Part shown: in pieces, positions 7,510 through 14,858 of the stretch
Layout of the letters: each line of letters begins with the position of its first letter
Numbering within the stretch: the stretch's first letter is position 1
DNA from: Candidatus Nanohalobium sp.
GTDB taxonomy: Archaea; Nanohalarchaeota; Nanosalinia; Nanosalinales; Nanosalinaceae
Assembly: GCA_042216335.1 (NCBI GenBank)
Contig: JBDGTY010000049.1
Span: 1 to 18,014 of the forward strand
Direction of reading: 5' to 3'
DNA: 18,014 nucleotides
Notes under the pieces: model-generated
Databases searched by the model: none
Told to the model about the DNA's origin: nothing
The model's input: only the letters and a program-made list of their open reading frames with translations
Program-made: the position numbers and the translations under genes

Positions 7510-8187
7510 TCAGCTCAGCTGTTCTGCGTTTCCGCGGTTTACAAGTATTTCAGCGTTATCTTCGGGTATTTCTGCCTCCTCGCCCTCCTCGAAAGGTCCG
7601 TACGCCTCGAGGTCTGTTCCCATGAACTCCGGAACTTCAGAGGTTATCTCAACTATCTCGTATCCGTCTTCGGGGTCGTAATCCTCCTCTTCTCCCCTAT
7701 CTTTATCTTCTTCTGGTTCGGAAGGTTCTTCTACTTCTGCAGTAGATCCTTCAACTTTGCTTGTCTCTGGCTCAGACCTTCTCTTCTCTGCCGATTCTTC
7801 TATCTCTGGCTCGCTGTTTTCTGTCTCGACGGCCTGGCCTTCTGTCACTTCCTCCACTCTGTCTCTGTGTTGATTGAACTGTTTCTTCATATCTCTGAAG
7901 AGCTCCTCTTCTCTTGGAAGCATGTTCAGCTCGGAGGGCTGGATGTTGGATTTCAGGCTTAATCGAGCGTTCTTTACTATTTTGTCTTCCCGGAGACTGA
8001 GGATCTTCCTGAAAACTCTTTTGGCATTCTTGTACTCCCGACTGTCCTCATCGATATCTTTCTTTCTCTCCAGGTAGTCGCGTACCTGCAGGAAGAAGTT
8101 CTGGTCGAGTTCCGTCAGTTCCTCCTCTCTGCGCTCTGTCTTCTGTATCTTTCTCAGTTCCGAGAATGTCAGTGCCTCGTCGCTCAT
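7510..8187 (-). CDS. gins51: DNA replication complex GINS subunit (Gins51/Gins15 type)
   Basis: Helical A domain ('LRKIQKTER...LTELDQNFF', 'LREDKIVKNA', 'NMLPREEELF'), acidic linker and B domain 'VPEFMGTDLEAYGPF..GE..EIPEDNAEILV.RG.A'; directly downstream of primase. Confidence 0.9.
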   Translation of the reverse strand: MSDEALTFSELRKIQKTERREEELTELDQNFFLQVRDYLERKKDIDEDSREYKNAKRVFRKILSLREDKIVKNARLSLKSNIQPSELNMLPREEELFRDMKKQFNQHRDRVEEVTEGQAVETENSEPEIEESAEKRRSEPETSKVEGSTAEVEEPSEPEEDKDRGEEEDYDPEDGYEIVEITSEVPEFMGTDLEAYGPFEEGEEAEIPEDNAEILVNRGNAEQLS

Positions 8188-8227
8188 CTACCTGAAACTT
8201 CCCTGAGAAATCTTTTATTGTGGAAGG

Positions 8228-9616
8228 TCACGAGATTTTCCTGACTTCTCCGTCGCCATCGCACTCCTGGACGTGCTGCCTGTAGTAGTGCTCGCTCTTG
8301 TACTCCTTCCCACAGTATGGGCACTCCATCTTCTCATCGTCCTCATCGGAACTTTCCGAATTTTCTCCTCCAGTCCGGTTCGCCTTCCTGAACGCATAGC
8401 TCACAGGATTCGGCACCTGCTCCTCCAGGTTGTCGCCCTCATACACCTGCATATCCCTGTAGTATCCGTTGGCATCGTAGTTCGGCGGGGGAACGTCCTC
8501 GTCGCGGTTCTCATGCCAGTTCAACTGGGATTTGACGTAAGCCTCCCGGAGCGGCTCCTTGTTCTCATCGTTCCACGCCCACACCTTCGAACGGATCTCC
8601 TCCCACGAGTATCCGAGACACCGGAAAAAATTGATCAATATGAACAGCCCGCGCTTCCTGCCGTCCTCCAGACCCTCCAGGATATTGTTTATCGTCGGAG
8701 GGAAGTACTTCTCCGGTATCGCATCATCCGGCCGTTCAAACTCCCTGTCCTTCTCGATCCGCTCCTCTTTCCGCTCCTTCCTTCTGGACTCTATGAAGTC
8801 CATGGCCTGGATCGCCAGGTTCGCGGCCTCTCCCTCCTCATACTCTTTCAGGAAGCTCTCCTCGAACTCTATCTCATCCATCTCCGCCTCCGACTTCTCA
8901 AAATCTATGATATGGCTAGGTTGAATCGGCTTCGACACGAGCCAGGAACCGTCATGCAGCGAGTAGGGCATCCTGAAGAGGTGGCGCTGACCCCAGTCGT
9001 TCTCTATATCCGCGACCTGGAAGGGATCCTCGCCATCTTCGGTCTGGATCTCCTCCTCGAAGCCGTACTCTTCGACTTTCCGGATAAGCTCCTCCTCCAC
9101 GTTCTCCCTGATGTAATCAACGATGCCACGGCCCAGGTTCGGGTACAGCTGGGAGAATTTTTCGCCGCCGATCTCCTCGGGGAACGCCTCTCCCCTGACA
9201 CCGATGTGGAAGCCTCTGTTGCCGGAGAACTTTACGCTTATGTTTTCTATTCCGTGCTGCCGCAGCTCCTCGACTACAAGAACGGCAGTCTCTTTGGAAA
9301 GCTCGAAGCTCTCGTCGCAGTCGATGTCGATGACCAGATCCCAGTTCTCTCTCAAGTCGTCCAGATCTGACACATTGTCGATGAGGAGAGGGTTCCTCCA
9401 TCGCTCAACGGAGGCATGAAAAGCAACTGCGCCATTATTTACAAAGTCAAGAAAGTCGCCAGGAAAGTTTATCGCATCCGGCCTCCTGCCGTACCCGTTG
9501 GGATATGTCGGGGCTACCTCGCGGTACTGTGCTGTCTCGACGAATATCTCGACGAGTTCGTCCTGCTCGTAGTACTGTCTTATCTTCCACTCGCGTGGTT
9601 CCCCGTCCTCCCCCAT
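8228..9616 (-). CDS. Fused DNA primase PriS-PriL (DPANN type) with C-terminal zinc finger
   Basis: AEP motifs 'WDLVIDID', 'KFSGNRGFH' and 'RHLFRMPYSLH', then PriL-CTD-like 'FPPTI..IL.GLEDGRKR.LFIL.NF...PPPN...NPVSY', then CPYC-x12-H-x3-C. Confidence 0.92.
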   Translation of the reverse strand: MGEDGEPREWKIRQYYEQDELVEIFVETAQYREVAPTYPNGYGRRPDAINFPGDFLDFVNNGAVAFHASVERWRNPLLIDNVSDLDDLRENWDLVIDIDCDESFELSKETAVLVVEELRQHGIENISVKFSGNRGFHIGVRGEAFPEEIGGEKFSQLYPNLGRGIVDYIRENVEEELIRKVEEYGFEEEIQTEDGEDPFQVADIENDWGQRHLFRMPYSLHDGSWLVSKPIQPSHIIDFEKSEAEMDEIEFEESFLKEYEEGEAANLAIQAMDFIESRRKERKEERIEKDREFERPDDAIPEKYFPPTINNILEGLEDGRKRGLFILINFFRCLGYSWEEIRSKVWAWNDENKEPLREAYVKSQLNWHENRDEDVPPPNYDANGYYRDMQVYEGDNLEEQVPNPVSYAFRKANRTGGENSESSDEDDEKMECPYCGKEYKSEHYYRQHVQECDGDGEVRKIS

Positions 9617-9647
9617 ACTCTGAGTTTCTCAACTTAATCCTAAAATA

Positions 9648-10064
9648 CTAGTCCTCTTCCAGGAAGGTCTCGATGAAGTCCGCAGTACTGTCGTTTATGT
9701 CAAGCTCTTCCAGAGCCTCTCTAGGGTCGATCCAGGTATAGTCCACTGCTTCTCTCTGATCCAGCTCGACATCAGTTGTTTCGGCCCGGCACACGAAGTT
9801 CAAGAAGATGAAATGCGTATCTCTTTCGAAGTCGTCAGGGTTGCCGCCGTCCTTGACTTCAGGAAGCTCGATGTCTGAAACTTCCAGATTAGTCTCCTCC
9901 TTGATCTCCTTCCTGACGGTCTCTTCCATCGAGTCGCCTTTCTCGACTTTGCCACCAGGCACAAGCCACTGATTCTCCCATTTAGGGCTTTTCATGAGAA
10001 AGATTTCGTCATCTTCGTCTAGGATTAGTGCGCCTGTTGCCGGGACTGCGTATTCTTCGGTCAT
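9648..10064 (-). CDS. Nudix hydrolase (NudF-like position between PCNA and primase)
   Basis: Nudix box GGKVEKGDSMEETVRKEIKEETNL; 'KSPKW..W.VPGG' and 'HFIFL'. Confidence 0.92.
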   Translation of the reverse strand: MTEEYAVPATGALILDEDDEIFLMKSPKWENQWLVPGGKVEKGDSMEETVRKEIKEETNLEVSDIELPEVKDGGNPDDFERDTHFIFLNFVCRAETTDVELDQREAVDYTWIDPREALEELDINDSTADFIETFLEED

Positions 10065-10084
10065 GTTGTAGATAAGATTTCCAT

Positions 10085-10414
10085 TTATTCAAGATTGTCC
10101 TTCAGTTTCTCTTTGATATCTTCCCAGTCTTCCTGTGAAGCTATGTCCCATCTTGGGGTCCCGCCGTCCCATATCTGATTGAGATAACCCAGGTCTGATT
10201 TCAGGCCTCCAAGTACCTGTCCTGTATACATCTCACTGATTTCAGCTGCCTTCGCTATCTCCTCTGTTGAGTACAAACTGTCGCCGTAGCCTTTTCCCAC
10301 TCTGGTTTTTAAGGTGTCTAGGGCATCAATTACTTCTTCGTAAATTCCTGTCTTGAAGGCTTCTCTCCGCAGTTTCGGCATCTCTTCAATCTTTTCCGAA
10401 ATTTCCTTACTCAT
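10085..10414 (-). CDS. Hypothetical protein (possible wHTH)
   Basis: 109-aa acidic ORF co-oriented with the operon; 'YSTEEIAKAAEISEMYTGQVLGGL...GYL' resembles an HTH. Confidence 0.65.
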   Translation of the reverse strand: MSKEISEKIEEMPKLRREAFKTGIYEEVIDALDTLKTRVGKGYGDSLYSTEEIAKAAEISEMYTGQVLGGLKSDLGYLNQIWDGGTPRWDIASQEDWEDIKEKLKDNLE

Positions 10415-10439
10415 GACCTTCTCACAGGGTTTCCAGTTT

Positions 10440-11204
10440 TCACTCTTCCTCTATGCGTGGCGCCAGCACGAAGTTGAGTTCGACTTCGTCCGGTCGGATG
10501 AACTCCATCCTCATCGGGAAGTCTTCGCCCAGTTTGACTGTGACAACGTCTGTCAGCTTCTTGGCGCCGATCATCTTTGAGAGGTAGTCGAGGCTGAACA
10601 TCGAGCGGGCGTCGCTGCCGTTCATCTCGTGGACTCCTTCTGCTCCTTCCTCTACCGTGAAGTCTACTCCTGACTGATCTCCTTCGGCTGATATCTCGAG
10701 CTGTGAGCCGGTTGCGGAGACTGTAACTGCGTCGGATACGACCATCGCGTCCTTGATGGCTCCTTCAAGTACCGAGGTGTCGAGTTCTGCGTCGAACGTG
10801 AACTGGTCGAGGTCGCCGACGCTCGGAATATCGTCCTCGGAAAGGTTGAGGATCGGTAGTGAGAAATCTCTTGTAGAACTGTTCTCCATGGTGATCTTGA
10901 ACTTGGAGGAGTCCTCATCGACCTCCAGTGTGATGGTATCGCCCGAGTTTGCTCTTCTCAGAATCGAGTAAAAGTTTTCGATATTTAATCCGACTTTCTG
11001 TTCTTCATCTATCTCGTATGTTTCGAACACGTCTTCTTCGAGTGTGAAGTCCACGAGCCCGACCATTGCAGGGTCTGCTGCCACTAGATGGATTCCATCC
11101 TCCTTCAGCTGAAACAGGCCCTCGCTGATCAGGTCGCTTATGGTTTTCATCGAGTCCTTCAGAAGTCCGACTTCCTCTATTTCCGCTTTGAACATTTCAA
11201 CCAC
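10440..11204 (-). CDS. pcn: DNA polymerase sliding clamp (PCNA)
   Basis: 'LISEGLF...GI.LVAADPAMV.LV', 'SMFSLDYL', 'LGEDFPM' and 'FVLAPRIEEE'. Start is GTG 11204 or ATG 11195. Confidence 0.96.
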   Translation of the reverse strand: MVEMFKAEIEEVGLLKDSMKTISDLISEGLFQLKEDGIHLVAADPAMVGLVDFTLEEDVFETYEIDEEQKVGLNIENFYSILRRANSGDTITLEVDEDSSKFKITMENSSTRDFSLPILNLSEDDIPSVGDLDQFTFDAELDTSVLEGAIKDAMVVSDAVTVSATGSQLEISAEGDQSGVDFTVEEGAEGVHEMNGSDARSMFSLDYLSKMIGAKKLTDVVTVKLGEDFPMRMEFIRPDEVELNFVLAPRIEEE

Positions 11205-11209
11205 TTATG

Positions 11210-11539
11210 TTACTGTGAAGTGTTAACTACTTTTTTAACTCTGTCGTGAAGCTTCTGATCTACGTCGGAGAAGTCCTGTACGATTTCTCCCTGGATCTCG
11301 AAGCTGTCGGGCGTCGGCAGCACTCTTCCGAGAACCCGGATTCTCTGGTTCTCCTCGACGTCTTCAAGATCCTCGTCTTCCAGGAATACCTCGACCGTTC
11401 CCGTTCCGTCATCCAGGCTGACGGAGTCTTCCTCGACTGATAGTACGGTTCCGACTATCCTTACACGGATGTCGCTCTGTGGCTCGATTTCGTCTATGTT
11501 TTTCGGCCTGGCCGGCGCTCTCCTCTGATTCTCTGGCAT
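11210..11539 (-). CDS. Small single OB-fold protein, replication protein A small-subunit-like
   Basis: From ATG 11539: MPENQRRAPA...IRVRIVGTV...LDDGTG.VEV...IRVLGRV...EIQGEIVQ. The longer track ORF (to 11896) extends into the antisense of the next gene. Confidence 0.8.
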   Translation of the reverse strand: MPENQRRAPARPKNIDEIEPQSDIRVRIVGTVLSVEEDSVSLDDGTGTVEVFLEDEDLEDVEENQRIRVLGRVLPTPDSFEIQGEIVQDFSDVDQKLHDRVKKVVNTSQ

Positions 11540-11541
11540 GT

Positions 11542-11595
11542 AAACGACTGGTCGGTAAAACGTTTTAACTGGATGCGGTCTCCGAAGTTTGAAAT
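11542..11595. promoter_or_regulatory. Divergent promoter region between the OB-fold gene and the coiled-coil gene
   Basis: Perfect 12-bp palindrome TAAAACGTTTTA at 11556-11567; CGAC-TG-GTCG at 11545-11554; TTTGAAAT at 11588-11595, 24-31 nt upstream of ATG 11619. Confidence 0.5.
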
Positions 11596-11618
11596 ACCGG
11601 CTTCGCCAAGTCAAAGGT

Positions 11619-12197
11619 ATGGACGTTCTCGGGAAGGAAGGTGAACAGGCAGCGGAGGCAGTGCAGAACCTTTCGCAGCGGCTGGAAGACCTTGAATCCC
11701 ACCTCAACGCCGTCGACTCTGCAGTCCAGGACAACTCCGAGACCACACGTGAACTAGCCCAGAAGAACAGGCAGCGAGTGGCCGAGATAGAGGAGATGCT
11801 GGTCGAACTAACCGAAATCCAGAAGAACAGCATGAAAGAAATCGACGTAGAGGATGGAAAAGAGGCCAGACTGGAGAAGAAAGTCGACGCTCTCAAAGAG
11901 AAACTGAGAAGAATGAAGGAGAACCAGGAGGAGATCGAGACCCGTCTGGAGAAACTGGACAGACAGCTTAACAGGAAGATGGGGAAGATCGAGAAGAAAG
12001 TCTTCAGGACCGAGGACGAGTTAACTCAGGAGATCGAGTTGAACACTGGCCGAATCGGCGACCTGTCAGACGTCAAGGTCGACAGGAAGACTCACGAAGA
12101 CGATATCCAGGAACTGAAGAAGGATATCTCGAAGCTCAGGACTTCCGTGAACGCTCTGGCTACGGAGCTTGAAGACGAAAATATCAGGGTCGAATAG
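11619..12197 (+). CDS. Hypothetical coiled-coil protein
   Basis: 192 aa from ATG 11619; E/K/L-rich heptad-like pattern throughout, no prolines; codon style matches core genes. Confidence 0.8.
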   Translation: MDVLGKEGEQAAEAVQNLSQRLEDLESHLNAVDSAVQDNSETTRELAQKNRQRVAEIEEMLVELTEIQKNSMKEIDVEDGKEARLEKKVDALKEKLRRMKENQEEIETRLEKLDRQLNRKMGKIEKKVFRTEDELTQEIELNTGRIGDLSDVKVDRKTHEDDIQELKKDISKLRTSVNALATELEDENIRVE

Positions 12198-12290
12198 TTA
12201 GGAGTTATCAGTGCTTTTTCTGCTGAATCTCTGAGTAATCTGTTTCTTGGTCTTTTCAGCGGCTTTCTTGCGTAATCTCATATCTGCCCC

Positions 12291-12623
12291 TCAGTCGTAT
12301 TCTTTGTGGACGTTCCCGCAGTCGGTGCATCTGTAGAACCTTGTCGGTGGCTCGTCGCTGGCTCGTGTCTGTTTCATCCAGAACTCGCATTCCATGTTTC
12401 CGCATGCCGGGCATTCTTTCTCGGTGGTAGGGTGCTCCGTTTCGTCGTTGTCGCCTTCGTTGACGTTGAGGCGGTCCATAGGGTCTTCCTCTTTTTCATC
12501 AGTCACCTTCATGTCGTCGGCGTCTACATCCTGGTATTCTCCGCAGCTGCGGCACTTCATCACCGATTCGCCATCCTTCTTCTCGGAGACAAGCATGCCT
12601 CCGCATTCATCACAGAACTCCAT
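12291..12623 (-). CDS. tfs: Transcription factor S (TFS)
   Basis: MEFCDECG...CRSCG N-terminal ribbon; C-terminal CPACGN...QTRASDEPPTRFYRCTDCG with the catalytic DE pair. Confidence 0.95.
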   Translation of the reverse strand: MEFCDECGGMLVSEKKDGESVMKCRSCGEYQDVDADDMKVTDEKEEDPMDRLNVNEGDNDETEHPTTEKECPACGNMECEFWMKQTRASDEPPTRFYRCTDCGNVHKEYD

Positions 12624-12660
12624 GTTTGACACAGTTAGAAGAGGAAAAGTTAAAAACTAT

Positions 12661-13392
12661 CTACCCTCTACAGGAGTAACTGTTCTCGATGACTACTGGG
12701 GCGTTGCCCGGCTGGAAACCTATGAGGTCCATCGCCAGAAGCTTCACGGCGCCGACCCGTGGAATTTTGAACATCGTCGTGCCGTGGATCTGGAAAGGCC
12801 GGACACTTGACTCGAAGTCGAGTTGACCGGAGTTGGCGTCTCCTTTGGTCTCAAGATGGTCCTCACTCTTGCTTATGACTCTGTGGACGACCGGGATGGG
12901 CATAGCTGAGATCCTTTCGACCTTCAGCCTCGCACCGTTAACCGAGACGCTTCCACCATCAGTCACAGTGACTTTCTCTCCCTCGATTGAGAGCAGGGCT
13001 CTGTCATTACCGGTCTTGAGATTGGCCTCAGCTTCCAGAAGCTGTACAGTCCCGACGCTGGTTTCAACCGAGGTGTTGTACATCGGAGAGTTCTTCTCCA
13101 AGGTGTAGCTTTCCCCGTTCAGTGTGAAGTCGATCCTGTCCGGCACCCTGTAGATCACGACATCACCTTCCTCTATCTCGGAATAATCCATTCCATCCAC
13201 AACCAGAATATCACCTTTCTGGTACTCCGGATACATCGAACACGAAACCACGGAAACGACAGGCTTGTCGGTTTGCAGAACGGTGCCCGTGGTTTTGATG
13301 GTGCCGAACGCCAGGATCAGCGCGAGCGAAAGGAAATAGAACCATTCAAACAGTTCGCTTTCCCCGTCCATTATATTTTCAAAGAACTCCAT
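12661..13392 (-). CDS. Signal peptidase I (archaeal Sec11 type) with internal insertion
   Basis: N-terminal TM segment, 'VVSCSMYP...KGDILVV', 'GDVVIY', 'PVVHRV', 'TKGDAN' and 'KIPRVG'. Confidence 0.9.
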   Translation of the reverse strand: MEFFENIMDGESELFEWFYFLSLALILAFGTIKTTGTVLQTDKPVVSVVSCSMYPEYQKGDILVVDGMDYSEIEEGDVVIYRVPDRIDFTLNGESYTLEKNSPMYNTSVETSVGTVQLLEAEANLKTGNDRALLSIEGEKVTVTDGGSVSVNGARLKVERISAMPIPVVHRVISKSEDHLETKGDANSGQLDFESSVRPFQIHGTTMFKIPRVGAVKLLAMDLIGFQPGNAPVVIENSYSCRG

Positions 13393-13405
13393 GGAACTGG
13401 TTTCC

Positions 13406-13951
13406 TCACTCAGGATTTAAAGCCCTTCCTACCATATCCGCGACACGAATCGACTCCGGAACCTGGCCGTGAACTATGTTCTTCCTCACGAAACCCTCCG
13501 CATCTTTCCTGGAACAGCCCGAGAACTGGATGAAACACTTTCCGTCCTCCAGCTCGACTTCGACAGCTTCTTCAAACTTCTCGAACCTTTCATCGTAGTT
13601 ATCCGTCCTCTTCATCGCCTTCCTGAAGCCTCTCCTGTCCGGCCGGTTCTTCGTTACGGCCACGACTGGTTTACCTATCTTCTCCGCCACTTCGTCGATG
13701 TCTACAAGGTTGAAGCCGCCGAAAGCTATGCCGTCGGTCAGAACTGCCTTGATCTGCTGGTGGTTGGAGAATTCCTCGTAAAGTTCCAGAACCTTCTCTG
13801 TGGCATCCTCCCCGTCAACCTCTACTTCAATACTCTGGATGTCCTCGATGAACTCGCTTCCTCTGTAGACGACGCCGGTGAGAAAAGTTTTCTCCGACTC
13901 AAATTCGAAGGATGCATCGTCAATGCCGAGAACCCTGATGCCGTCTTTCAT
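13406..13951 (-). CDS. DUF99 family endonuclease V-like protein
   Basis: 'IRVLGIDD', 'GVVYRG', 'VDGEDAT', 'DGIAFGGFNLVD', 'KPVVAV' and 'VPESIRVA'. Confidence 0.9.
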   Translation of the reverse strand: MKDGIRVLGIDDASFEFESEKTFLTGVVYRGSEFIEDIQSIEVEVDGEDATEKVLELYEEFSNHQQIKAVLTDGIAFGGFNLVDIDEVAEKIGKPVVAVTKNRPDRRGFRKAMKRTDNYDERFEKFEEAVEVELEDGKCFIQFSGCSRKDAEGFVRKNIVHGQVPESIRVADMVGRALNPE

Positions 13952-14298
13952 AGCTTTCTAGTCTTTATCTGGTCTTCTCTAGCGATTACTAAGTTGCCTT
14001 CTATCTTGTCTCCGTGGTTTTCCAGGATGTTCTCAAGCACTTTCTTCTTGTTCTCCGGTGTCTCCAGCTGAAGCCGCAGAAGCAGTATTCCTTCCGCATC
14101 TCTTCCCTCTCTTATGGTGAGTTCTCCGAAGTCCTTGTCGTTAGTAACTATGATCCTTTTTTCTTCCAGAGCTCTCTCCATTATCTCGGAGTCGCTCGCA
14201 GACTTCATCTCCGCTCCGACAAAGACAGTATCGTAGCCTCCTTCTTCAAGGAAATCGGCGATGCTTTTTCCTGTACTTTCGTCAACTATGAACTTCAA
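13948..14298 (-). CDS. DUF5615 (Mut7-C/PIN-like) toxin
   Basis: 'MKFIVDES', 'L...GYD', 'SDSEI...A..E.RIIVTNDKDFGEL' and 'GILLLRL'. Confidence 0.88.
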   Translation of the reverse strand: MKFIVDESTGKSIADFLEEGGYDTVFVGAEMKSASDSEIMERALEEKRIIVTNDKDFGELTIREGRDAEGILLLRLQLETPENKKKVLENILENHGDKIEGNLVIAREDQIKTRKL

Positions 14299-14524
14299 GG
14301 TCTCCGCCCTCTGCAGGATAGACTGACACCTCTTCGAGCGTTTCCGCAGCGTATTCCAGTGCAGCCCTTACATCTTCCTCCTCAAGGTTGGGATACTCCT
14401 CAAGTATTTCTTCGACTTCCAGGCCGTGGGCCAAGAGCTTGACGATCTTCTCCACAGGTATTCTCGTACCCTTGATCACAGGCTTGCCTGTCATCTTCTC
14501 CGGATCAACTTCAACTCGCTCCAT
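14282..14524 (-). CDS. DUF433 family antitoxin
   Basis: From ATG 14524: 'VDPEKMTGKPVIKGTRIPV..I..LLA.G...EEILEEYP.LEEEDVRAALEYAA'. Confidence 0.92.
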   Translation of the reverse strand: MERVEVDPEKMTGKPVIKGTRIPVEKIVKLLAHGLEVEEILEEYPNLEEEDVRAALEYAAETLEEVSVYPAEGGDLEVHS

Positions 14525-14609
14525 AACTAGAATTTTTCTGGACAGAGTCAAAAGCCTTACCTTTTCAGGCGAAGAGTTTTTACGAGAAAAGAAGCAATAG
14601 TGAAGAAAT

Positions 14610-14852
14610 TTAGACCTGTTCTTCCAGGTCGTTCATCCATTCCCGGGCGGTCTCGATCGCGTCTTCGAGTGTCTGTTCCGGGTTGTCGTCTTTGATGACG
14701 AGGTTGGATTCGTCGCCGAGCGGGTGGCCTTTGTCGTATCCCGCTTCTCCGTCGTTCGCCCATATCGCCTTCCTGATCAGGTTGGCGAGGGTATGGTTTT
14801 GCTGCATGTCGACGATAAGCCGGTCCTCTTTCTCCACGGTCTCAAGTTCCAT
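14610..14852 (-). CDS. rpoL: DNA-directed RNA polymerase subunit L (Rpo11)
   Basis: 'HTLANLIRKAI...AGY...HPL' signature, 80 aa. Confidence 0.9.
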   Translation of the reverse strand: MELETVEKEDRLIVDMQQNHTLANLIRKAIWANDGEAGYDKGHPLGDESNLVIKDDNPEQTLEDAIETAREWMNDLEEQV

Positions 14853-14858
14853 TGGTTA

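Noticed and set aside
7660-7860. Low-complexity purine-rich stretch in GINS51
   Set aside because: Ordinary acidic linker between the A and B domains; no tandem DNA repeat.
8273-9370. 365-aa plus-strand ORF
   Set aside because: Codon-aligned antisense shadow of the primase gene; its L/V/P-rich composition mirrors GAG/GAC codons and it has no motifs.
11540-11896. N-terminal extension of the OB-fold ORF to 228 aa
   Set aside because: Ser-rich antisense of the coiled-coil gene; the plausible start is ATG 11539.
12198-12281. Ribosomal protein L41e as the identity of the basic peptide
   Set aside because: It lacks the KW.KKR.RRLKR signature.
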